A stretch of 63,257 nucleotides of DNA, counting the filler. It is 6 parts of 6 records of this genome, joined end to end, with 100 filler letters (N's around TTAATTAATTAA, not from the genome) between each part and the next. Parts side by side here need not be neighbours in the genome. Positions count along the whole stretch, not along the records: positions 24,215 to 29,742 come from SRR31147125_29611; positions 29,843 to 40,439 come from SRR31147125_29623; 4 more parts are not named here. One strand, 5' to 3'. Below, piece by piece: positions 29,593 to 38,336 of this stretch (positions are counted from its first letter, which is position 1; each line of letters opens with the position of its first letter). The translations under genes were made by a program, and so were the position numbers. Under the pieces are notes generated by a model, which saw nothing but the letters and a program-made list of their open reading frames with translations, was not told the DNA's origin and did no database searches.

Positions 29593-29742
29593 TTGGGAGC
29601 AGACTCAAATATTATCGCTTTAGGAGCTATTTTTTTTGGCACTCTTATCTGCCTTATTTCATACAATATTGTTGGCAGAAATTTTACCAGCCAGTCATAT
29701 CACGCCTGGCTTGACTCCAGACGCACCTACTTCAGAGTTCTC
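29593..29742 (+). CDS. Membrane protein N-terminus, truncated by contig end
   Basis: TTG start after AAGGA, one hydrophobic helix, runs into the N spacer. Confidence 0.5.
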
Positions 29743-29842
29743 NNNNNNNNNNNNNNNNNNNNNNNNNNNNNNNNNNNNNNNNNNNNTTAATTAATTAANN
29801 NNNNNNNNNNNNNNNNNNNNNNNNNNNNNNNNNNNNNNNNNN
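29743..29842. other. Artificial contig spacer
   Basis: 44 N + TTAATTAATTAA + 44 N. Confidence 0.99.
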
Positions 29843-29931
29843 TACTCCTTTTGATTAGGTTTTCTAATTATTAACATTAGTGTTATATCTTAACATTTTC
29901 ATTTTATAAATGCAATATTTTTATCGCTTTG

Positions 29932-31155
29932 TTAAGGCATATAGCTGGCAGACGGTGTTGCCGTCATTTTCAATTTATAAGCCTGACGTACCAGATCGGC
30001 ATCTTCAGTGATGATCGCCATGTAGTCGCCGCTATCCCAGCTCATGCTGATAATGCTTTCTTCCAATAATACCGGGTATAATAATTTGATGTTTCCATCA
30101 GCATATGAACCGGCAACAGGTTCGATCACATAAATGGGAGTCTGAGTGACTGTAGCGACATACATTTTACCATCGGTATCGAATACGATATCCGCTATCT
30201 CAGAACCGGCAAAATCTTCAGTCCAGTTGATCACTGTTTCTACTGTACCAAGGGAACCATCGGTATTGATAGGATAGGCCAAGATAAGCTTTTCATTGGT
30301 TCTTAATGTATCTCCACCAACATATGTGGCGCTAAGATAAAGTTTATCATCATAAACTTCACATTTACTATAGCTGTAATTTGTATCTTCTAAAGCTACT
30401 TCAGCACCAGTCAGGTCGTGAGCCATTGAATAGATGGCCAGGGCACCTGTCATATATATTTTGCCATTATTTGCAAAGGAGAAATCATCACTTGCATCTC
30501 TTGCGGAGTTGATCTTGGTTCTCGTTACAGCTCCATCATGTTTCGCCATATAGTAGGACAGGGTATAATATACGTCTGTTCCTTTCATTTTAAGCGAGCG
30601 AACAGGCTGAGTTCCTGCAAACGAAATATTTGCCCAAGTTGTTAAGGAATCGTCTGCAGACATATGATACATGCTTTTAGACGTACCGTAAGCGATCAGG
30701 ACATTACCATCATCAACCGCTACTTTACTCAAGGGAGAAGATGTTACAACCGGTAAGATCACCATACCTTCATTGATCGTGATCAATTGATCGGTATATT
30801 TTGCAAAAGTAAAAGATCCGCGACGATCGATCCATATTTCCAAAGAATCGGAATATACGGGAGGTACTTCAACAACGATCTCAGTATCAGTTGCGCTTAA
30901 AGTTCTACCACGACCTGCTGTTGATCCTTTTTTAAAGTAAACCAATAGTTCTTCAGCAACATCTCCAAATCCGCTGCCGCTGATCGTAATATTTTCAATT
31001 CCGCCATACAAGGTTGTTGCATCTACACCAGTGATGGTAGGTGCGGGAAGTCCCTCATCATCCGGATTCCAGATAGGATCCGGCCATTGATAACACCCTG
31101 TCAACGCCAGGACGATGATTAAGATCAAGCTAAGACTCATGAATGTCTTCTTCAT
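29932..31155 (-). CDS. Lipoprotein with IPT/TIG domain followed by a beta-propeller-like region
   Basis: LTGC lipobox, PAPTITGV...ITISGSGFG...SATDTEIVVEVP, and repeated DIVFDTDGKMYV-type blades. Confidence 0.75.
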   Translation of the reverse strand: MKKTFMSLSLILIIVLALTGCYQWPDPIWNPDDEGLPAPTITGVDATTLYGGIENITISGSGFGDVAEELLVYFKKGSTAGRGRTLSATDTEIVVEVPPVYSDSLEIWIDRRGSFTFAKYTDQLITINEGMVILPVVTSSPLSKVAVDDGNVLIAYGTSKSMYHMSADDSLTTWANISFAGTQPVRSLKMKGTDVYYTLSYYMAKHDGAVTRTKINSARDASDDFSFANNGKIYMTGALAIYSMAHDLTGAEVALEDTNYSYSKCEVYDDKLYLSATYVGGDTLRTNEKLILAYPINTDGSLGTVETVINWTEDFAGSEIADIVFDTDGKMYVATVTQTPIYVIEPVAGSYADGNIKLLYPVLLEESIISMSWDSGDYMAIITEDADLVRQAYKLKMTATPSASYMP

Positions 31156-31174
31156 TTTACATCCTTTCATGTTA

Positions 31175-33388
31175 TTATCTTATAATAATGAATTTTTTAT
31201 ATGTGGATTCTCCCTCACTATAGATCAGATCTTTAGTGGGATCTCCATCCACATAAATGTTTTCAGTAACTTCAACAAATAGAATGTAGACACCAGGTAC
31301 AGCAATCTGTCCGCTTGAGGTCGTCATCTTCCATTCTTCATCTCCGGAACCGGTTTGATGATCAATTTCATTCACCAGATCACCACGTTCGGAGTATATC
31401 TTCAATTTACATTTACCCGGGATATTGTAGAACATGATCTTATCATATCCATCTGCACCGGGGAACTGCAACTGTGTAGCGTTGGGTTTACGTGAATCAG
31501 CTTTCAAGTTATACGGATTAGGAACTATTCTGATATTATCAAGGTCCTCACCCTGCGGACGACGAAGATATGCCGCACGCTTGGTTTGAGTATAAGCTCT
31601 TCCGCTTTCCAATTGGCCAACCGGGTTAAGGCTGGCATCCGTGTTCATACTGCCATCGGAAAATGCTGATATATAATAGTAATAAGAGAATCCGCGAATG
31701 GCTTCCCTGTCTTTATAGGTGTAAGCAATGGGATCGATTTCACCGGCACCACAAGCATAGATCTCATGATAGAATGAATCTACAGAACCCATGGCACGAT
31801 AAATTTTATAACCACCAAAATTGGGATCTGCTTCAGATGGGCTGGGTTCCCAAGATAAGCTGATGTTATCACCTTGTGAGCTAACCCTGAAAGTAGTGGG
31901 AGGCATGGGTGGTTCGGCAATTTCCATATCATTTCTAAAAGCCGAGCGGGCTCTTTTGAAGGTCTGGAACAGTGAATCGCGTCCGGTATAAACCCATTCA
32001 TTCTTATATGCGTCGCGGTTGCTGGTAGATGAACCGTTCGGTAAAGTACCGGGGGTATTTGCTAACCAGTTTTCACCGACTTCAACACATTTTTTTCTAT
32101 CCATACCGCTGACAGCTTCAACAATAACTATTCTGACGCTGTCGCCAACATTTGGCAGATCATAAGGTCCGAAGGTAATAAATCCGGCAGCTCCACCACC
32201 ATCATTTTTACGATCAGCTTCAAAATCAGCCTGTGGTTCTTCATCTCCGTAAGGATTGCGTAAAGGATTGGCTCCAACCATGGGGATGGTGTCACCAAGT
32301 CCCATACCTGATTCGGCATCGGCATAGGCTTCGTTCCATGTAACCATGTTGTAAAGTCTTTCCATATTCGTTTCATCCAAACCGTAAACGGAAGGATAAG
32401 AATCACCACCATGCCAGCTCAAATTCATTGGCTGGTTAAGGTCATCACTTTTATCATTATAAGCTTTGTCAGCGTGAATAACAGCTATACCCGCAAATTG
32501 CGGAGCGGCTATACGGCCGGCTTTAGAGTTAAATAAAGATCCTTTACCGCCATCAGGGGCACCAATATTATCAAAGGATCCATTTTGTGTACCCTGGCCT
32601 AACCAGCTCCAGAAACAACGCAAACTATCGGGATTATACAATGCGACATCATCGATATCCATGAATGATACCCACTGAAATTTACCCCAGACCAATTGTG
32701 AATCAGTAATATAACCCGCTTCACGAGATGTGGCGTAGCGTGGCATCATACTAAAGACAAGTGATTCAATGCTGTTGTTCGGGAGTTCGATATCTTCATC
32801 AAAATCCGTATTTCCCGTGTTTTTCAGGATATATTCGGTGATAAAGTAATTATCGTGATATTGCTGACTGTAGCCGTAAATCGTTCTTGTATACTCAACA
32901 CCCATAGAGGTATTGAAAACGTTTACGAGTTTTCTGTCATAGCTTACATCATCACTATGATAATCATCGACATAGTCGTTCTCGATCTTTTGGTTGAAAT
33001 CGACTTCCACAATAGGTGTTTCAAACTGTGCAGTTTGGTGAAGCACCATTGGGAAACCATAATCAGGATTCAAAGAACTGGGTGTGAAGTACAGACCATA
33101 GTAAGGGAAATTTCTTCCACCTTCTGAGGTAAAGTTCTCACAAACCAGCCATTGACGGTCGATGACGTGATTATCGGTATATGAATACCATGCAGGCCAC
33201 TTCATGCCCTCATAATAAACATTATTGTAGGCACGCTCGACACCTCCAGCTGAAAATGGTGATTGCAATGATCCGACGTTAATGTATCTTTGCAGACCCG
33301 GATCAAGATATTGCCCGAGCAACAATGAGGAGAACAGCAGGATCACTGCCACCATCATAATTTTTTTTGTTTTATTCGATCTAAACAT
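31175..33388 (-). CDS. Secreted protein with FN3 domain and T9SS-type C-terminal sorting domain (paralog of 38337-40439)
   Basis: Signal peptide, PPMPPTTF...ISLSW...GYKIYRA FN3, and IRIVPNPY...IMFYNIP..C.LKIYSERG...GVYI...KKFIIIR. Confidence 0.8.
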   Translation of the reverse strand: MFRSNKTKKIMMVAVILLFSSLLLGQYLDPGLQRYINVGSLQSPFSAGGVERAYNNVYYEGMKWPAWYSYTDNHVIDRQWLVCENFTSEGGRNFPYYGLYFTPSSLNPDYGFPMVLHQTAQFETPIVEVDFNQKIENDYVDDYHSDDVSYDRKLVNVFNTSMGVEYTRTIYGYSQQYHDNYFITEYILKNTGNTDFDEDIELPNNSIESLVFSMMPRYATSREAGYITDSQLVWGKFQWVSFMDIDDVALYNPDSLRCFWSWLGQGTQNGSFDNIGAPDGGKGSLFNSKAGRIAAPQFAGIAVIHADKAYNDKSDDLNQPMNLSWHGGDSYPSVYGLDETNMERLYNMVTWNEAYADAESGMGLGDTIPMVGANPLRNPYGDEEPQADFEADRKNDGGGAAGFITFGPYDLPNVGDSVRIVIVEAVSGMDRKKCVEVGENWLANTPGTLPNGSSTSNRDAYKNEWVYTGRDSLFQTFKRARSAFRNDMEIAEPPMPPTTFRVSSQGDNISLSWEPSPSEADPNFGGYKIYRAMGSVDSFYHEIYACGAGEIDPIAYTYKDREAIRGFSYYYYISAFSDGSMNTDASLNPVGQLESGRAYTQTKRAAYLRRPQGEDLDNIRIVPNPYNLKADSRKPNATQLQFPGADGYDKIMFYNIPGKCKLKIYSERGDLVNEIDHQTGSGDEEWKMTTSSGQIAVPGVYILFVEVTENIYVDGDPTKDLIYSEGESTYKKFIIIR

Positions 33389-33403
33389 ATATTCCTCGAA
33401 TCA

Positions 33404-36400
33404 TTAGAAATTAATTGTTATACCTACGGTGATCTTGCGAGGGTTCAAGAAGGTAAAGCTGTCGATATCGGGCATATCGATGTAAGCTTTATCTTTATAA
33501 ACCTGATCAACTAAGGTTTGTTCGGCAGTAACGTAAGCGTTGCCGTCCCAAGTATAATAGGAAGCGCTTTCATTGTCGTAATATAATGCCATGTCATTGC
33601 CGACGCTTGATTCCGAACTGATATCGGGAACAGTAACGATAGGTGTATAACCTACACCATCTTTTCTCACGTCACCGATCTTATCTTTCCCATATTCTGC
33701 GCCTTCTTCATCATTGAAGTGCAATGAGTTCAGATAGTCGTAGCGGTCATAAACATCAGAAAAACCAGAATAAGATAGTCGTCTTGTATTCAATAGATTA
33801 TTTATATCGAGGAATAACGATATATTCACCGGTTTTACATTGATCTTTTTAGAGATCTTCAGGTCGGTCATATAATAGTCTTTCCAACGAACGTTATCCT
33901 GTACATAGGGATCATTGGTTTGACTGTAAGTTGTATATGATCCTCCCTGCCATTCAAACATCAGGTTCATTGCCCAGTCACCCGTAATAGAAGGATTCAA
34001 GCCAAAAAGGCTGTAATCGGAAGGTGTTTTAAGCAAGAAATATGATTCGAACAGAGGAACCGGAATGGAACGCGACTGATAGTGAGTTGAAATATGATTA
34101 TCTCTATCATATTCCATCTGTTCAGTCGGATTCTCATAATATCTTGTATTACCGTAATAACCATATGAAACAACTTGATAAGTGAAGTTCATATTGAACA
34201 AGAAGAAATCACCGTAGCTTTTCTTGATCTCTGCTTCAACTCCGCGTACATCTTTGTAGTTGCGGGCATCGGCGACCGAGTAGCTGACTTTGTGATCCAT
34301 ACTTGTATAATATGTCCATGCCGGTTGGTCGGTAATATCTTTATAATATCCTTTTAATTTCAAAAGATAATCGTCAAGCAATCTATGTTCGTAGCCCAAC
34401 TCGTACTGGATAGTACGGCAGTAAGGGATCTCGGGATTTCCAAGACGATTGATCTGGCCCGTACCCAATCTGTCAACTACGAAACGGTAGCGTGACTGAG
34501 ACAAAGCATTGAAATGTCCGTAGTTAAAATAGATCTTCGCACGCTCTGAAATAGGGTGTGAGATCGCAAAACGCGGACTTAAAGCCACGATCGCTTTAGT
34601 TGGAACTAATGTTGCCAAACTATCAATGTATGGACCGTTTGAAACATTTAGCAGTTCATCGTATGTATCATAGTCATACCAATCGGCATTGGCTTGAGAC
34701 ATATCGAGACGTAAACCAAGATTCACGACCATGCCTTCAAACTCCAATTTATCCTGTGCATAAGCACCAAGACGCCATGGATTCTGATACCATTCATTAT
34801 AATAGTTCCAGAACATGTTTGAGGGATGATCATTCCAGGCATTAATATAGTATTCGGTATAAACGAACTTAATACCTGTTTTGAATTCGTTGTTTTCGTT
34901 AAGCTGATTTTTATAATCGGCTTTGGCGATCGTCGAATAGTTCTGACTTCGGTCGGTAGCAAATCCACCCCAGGTGTTCAGCATACCAAGTACATCTTCA
35001 TATCCGCCGATTTCCTCTCCATCATCCGTGAACCAGTACCCGTAGGGTTGTTCATCAAGATAATATCCGGGAACGATCTCATACATCGTACTGTCGTCTC
35101 TTGCTCCAAGACGCTGGGTATAATAATCAGAACCCATTCTCTGGAGATCAACTTCATAATATGAACGATCATTCAATTGGTGAGTCCATCGCAAACCGAT
35201 ACTGTGGCGTGTGATCTCGGTCGGACAAAAAGTAGCATCCATAAATACGTAATAATCCGTACTTGCGTAATCTGTTACGCGGGATACGGAATTGAAATAA
35301 TTATCACCGGTCGGCAATGTTGTCCAGGACGCATAGGATACTGATTGAGTTTTTGAGATCATACCCGAAATATTCAGTTTGATCTTATCTGAAATATCGG
35401 ATGTAAATTTGATCGTAGCCTTATCATCATTATAGCTATCCCGTGCCATAGGTACGGCAAGAGCTTCCTGTTCACCACGGTAAGAAGCAAAGAAACGTAA
35501 GTTTCCTAGAGCTTTTCCAATCAGCGGAACAGGACCTCCAACTCCGATATCAATAGTATAATCGGGGCTGACGATATTTGCTGAACGACGATGCTGGTAC
35601 TGATAGATCCTCTGCCATGCACTGGCTGTTAGATCATTATCTTCATTATCATCCGTCAGCTTATCATAGGAATAATTGTTAAAACCTTTCCAGCCGCGGT
35701 TATCACTTCTGGTGTAGACATCCCAAGGAGAATCGGTATACTCCATATCTCCATTGTTATCTACAAAAGGTTCACCATTATCCCATTGGCCATTTTCATT
35801 AATATCGGTGTAATCTTCAGCATATGTTCCCCACCAGGCAACATCATCGTCATTGTAGGGTCTTCCGAAGTAAGCATCGGCCGCTGTGATCACTTGACCA
35901 AAATATTTTTTATTCGGTGCGGCGTAACGAATAGTTGCACCCACTTCATATTCTTCTTTATCACCTTCTTTTGTCACAACGTTAATAACACCTGAGCGGG
36001 CATTTTCATATTCGGCATTGAATCCACCGATCTGAATATTTACGGCCTGTACAGAGTTGATACTAACGGTGGTATAAGGTGTATTTGAACGTTCATCGTT
36101 CATGCTCATTCCATCAACAGAAAAAGCGGCTTCGTATGCGGAGGAACCACGAATATTGAAATTTTCATCAATACCGGCTTCCATACCGATCACGTCGCTC
36201 ATACTTGAAACGGGAAGAGCTTTGATCTGGTCGGAAGAAATGTCCGTTTGGGAGCTGGCAACGTCAACTTTGACGATCTCCTTTTTAGCGGTCACAATCA
36301 CTTCATCCAAACCGATAACTTCTTCAGATAATGCCATGTCAACTTTTGTTGTCAGATCGATACGTACCTGAACACCTTCCGTGACCATGCGGGTGTATCC

Positions 36401-36643
36401 CACCATCGACGCGATCACGTTGTAAGATGCCGGAGGCATGTTCAGGATAACAAAGTATCCATTTTCGTCTGTAAATGAACCCAAACCGGTACCTTCGACC
36501 ATAACGTTGGCACCAACCAGAGGCTCATCGTTCTCAGCATTGATGATACGTCCGGAAATTTTTCCGTACGTACCGGCCATCAATACCGATGACAACAAGA
36601 CAAGGCAAATGATAATTTGTAATATCTTTCGCATAATTCTCAT
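33404..36643 (-). CDS. TonB-dependent receptor with carboxypeptidase-regulatory-like N-domain
   Basis: GKISGRI...EPLVGANV...TDENGYFVILNMPP, plug NIRGS...GGFNAEY..ARSGVINVVTKEG, SPRFAISHP, and C-terminal ...VGITINF. Confidence 0.93.
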   Translation of the reverse strand: MRIMRKILQIIICLVLLSSVLMAGTYGKISGRIINAENDEPLVGANVMVEGTGLGSFTDENGYFVILNMPPASYNVIASMVGYTRMVTEGVQVRIDLTTKVDMALSEEVIGLDEVIVTAKKEIVKVDVASSQTDISSDQIKALPVSSMSDVIGMEAGIDENFNIRGSSAYEAAFSVDGMSMNDERSNTPYTTVSINSVQAVNIQIGGFNAEYENARSGVINVVTKEGDKEEYEVGATIRYAAPNKKYFGQVITAADAYFGRPYNDDDVAWWGTYAEDYTDINENGQWDNGEPFVDNNGDMEYTDSPWDVYTRSDNRGWKGFNNYSYDKLTDDNEDNDLTASAWQRIYQYQHRRSANIVSPDYTIDIGVGGPVPLIGKALGNLRFFASYRGEQEALAVPMARDSYNDDKATIKFTSDISDKIKLNISGMISKTQSVSYASWTTLPTGDNYFNSVSRVTDYASTDYYVFMDATFCPTEITRHSIGLRWTHQLNDRSYYEVDLQRMGSDYYTQRLGARDDSTMYEIVPGYYLDEQPYGYWFTDDGEEIGGYEDVLGMLNTWGGFATDRSQNYSTIAKADYKNQLNENNEFKTGIKFVYTEYYINAWNDHPSNMFWNYYNEWYQNPWRLGAYAQDKLEFEGMVVNLGLRLDMSQANADWYDYDTYDELLNVSNGPYIDSLATLVPTKAIVALSPRFAISHPISERAKIYFNYGHFNALSQSRYRFVVDRLGTGQINRLGNPEIPYCRTIQYELGYEHRLLDDYLLKLKGYYKDITDQPAWTYYTSMDHKVSYSVADARNYKDVRGVEAEIKKSYGDFFLFNMNFTYQVVSYGYYGNTRYYENPTEQMEYDRDNHISTHYQSRSIPVPLFESYFLLKTPSDYSLFGLNPSITGDWAMNLMFEWQGGSYTTYSQTNDPYVQDNVRWKDYYMTDLKISKKINVKPVNISLFLDINNLLNTRRLSYSGFSDVYDRYDYLNSLHFNDEEGAEYGKDKIGDVRKDGVGYTPIVTVPDISSESSVGNDMALYYDNESASYYTWDGNAYVTAEQTLVDQVYKDKAYIDMPDIDSFTFLNPRKITVGITINF

Positions 36644-36661
36644 CTTTGGTTATTCAGTTAA

Positions 36662-37645
36662 TTAAAATGCAAAACCGATTGTGAAACGTTGAACATCGGC
36701 GAAATCTGTTGTCGGCGTGTAAGCATAATCTACGACAACACCCTTGATGTTCAATCCTATACCAAAGCTTAGAGCTTGGATATCTTCAGATGTTCTGTAT
36801 CCGGCACGTACGTATACCAAGTTCGCATATCCGTACTCAAGACCAATGTTGAGCTGTTCGGGATGTGAACGGTAATGCAGTGCATCAACTGATAACTTTA
36901 ATGATTGTCCCTGCGGTTTTTCAGGTAGAAGGTCCATAACATCCATAGAAAGACCCATTGAGAATGTCAATGGAAGCTGAAAACCTTCGTCTTCATATTT
37001 GATCTCTCCGGAGAAATTTCGAACGCTCATACCGAATGCCAGGCTTTTCCAACCTGTATAGTATAAAGTACCGAAATCAACGGTAACACCGCCGGCAATG
37101 TTTGATTTTGTTTGTAAGCTGTCACCGAAAGGCACAACGCTTTGTCCCAATTGCTGAACAGCATAACCGACGTTACCACCAACTGAGAATTTGTCAGTCA
37201 ATGAACGTGCGTAACCAACACTAACAGCCAGGGCTGTAGGTGTCATGGTACCGGTTTCAACATAACCGATATCATTTGGCGCAACAATCGTTCCATCAAC
37301 CGTACCATAATCAATGTTTCTGGCAGTAATACCAAATACACCAATACGACCGTTCATGGGATTAAAAGCCATTGAAAAAGCATTATGTTTAATGTCTGCG
37401 ATCCAGTTGTTCTGGCTGGCAGTCATGTCCATGGTTTTTGTCATTTTCGCTGCAGAAGCAGGGTTGTAAAAGAAAGCCATTGAATTTGCTTCAAGCGAGG
37501 TCATAGCCTGACCCATGGCAGCTCCACGTCCGTCCGTAGAAACGGAAAGGAATTGCATACCGGTCTGAGCAAGTTTTTGATCTTGTGCCAATCCAAAAGA
37601 ACAAGCGATCAAGACTAAAAGGATTATACTAATAATTCGTTTCAT
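36662..37645 (-). CDS. PorV/PorQ-family outer-membrane beta-barrel
   Basis: QFLSV..DGRGAAMGQA...FYNPAS, DFGTLY, FGMSVRNF, LPLTF, GLEY...VRAGY, DYAY and terminal F. Confidence 0.88.
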   Translation of the reverse strand: MKRIISIILLVLIACSFGLAQDQKLAQTGMQFLSVSTDGRGAAMGQAMTSLEANSMAFFYNPASAAKMTKTMDMTASQNNWIADIKHNAFSMAFNPMNGRIGVFGITARNIDYGTVDGTIVAPNDIGYVETGTMTPTALAVSVGYARSLTDKFSVGGNVGYAVQQLGQSVVPFGDSLQTKSNIAGGVTVDFGTLYYTGWKSLAFGMSVRNFSGEIKYEDEGFQLPLTFSMGLSMDVMDLLPEKPQGQSLKLSVDALHYRSHPEQLNIGLEYGYANLVYVRAGYRTSEDIQALSFGIGLNIKGVVVDYAYTPTTDFADVQRFTIGFAF

Positions 37646-37685
37646 TTTATTAACTCCTAAGTATTTATAAAATAGTAATCATCAA

Positions 37686-38306
37686 TTATTTGACTATTCC
37701 ATAAAAGTAGTTCTTACTTTTATAAGCCGTGTTTTCAGCTTTCTGGAATCGAATGAAATAATCACCTTGCTCTAAGGAGTAGGTATAATGTTCACGAACT
37801 ACAGAATCGCCAGCGTCTGCGCCCTTGAAAACCATGGCACAAGCAGGGCTCATTCCATAAGATTCATAATCGACGACATCTCCATCGGCATCCCAGATCG
37901 TAACAGTACCGTGGATATCCAGGTAAATATCGATCTCGGCTGCTGCGGCCATTTCAAGCTTCGCAAAAGCACTCAATTTTGAACCGAGTACGTTAATTCT
38001 GATCTTGTCTTTCAAGCCGGGTGTTAATACAACTGCGCTCAGAGTGTCTTCAACGGTGGTACCAAAGGTGTCAACCGCTTCATCCAACAATCCCGCTACC
38101 GTATCAACGTAGGCATCTTTAAATTTTGCATCAATTTGTTCAAGCACAATACAATCCAAAGTATCGATCGTGGCTGAAGTGTCATTGGCAAATACGTCCA
38201 GAGCCTCAAGCTCCGTCACAGTTGGCTCATGCGTTGCAGGTGAGTAAACACAACCTGTAAGCGCTATCAACATGATAACTATTGATATAAGCAATACTTT
38301 TTTCAT
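37686..38306 (-). CDS. Hypothetical lipoprotein
   Basis: LTGC lipobox, acidic sequence, in-operon position with GGAAGG RBS. Confidence 0.75.
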   Translation of the reverse strand: MKKVLLISIVIMLIALTGCVYSPATHEPTVTELEALDVFANDTSATIDTLDCIVLEQIDAKFKDAYVDTVAGLLDEAVDTFGTTVEDTLSAVVLTPGLKDKIRINVLGSKLSAFAKLEMAAAAEIDIYLDIHGTVTIWDADGDVVDYESYGMSPACAMVFKGADAGDSVVREHYTYSLEQGDYFIRFQKAENTAYKSKNYFYGIVK

Positions 38307-38336
38307 ACTACTTTCCTTCCAATTATATATTCTTGT

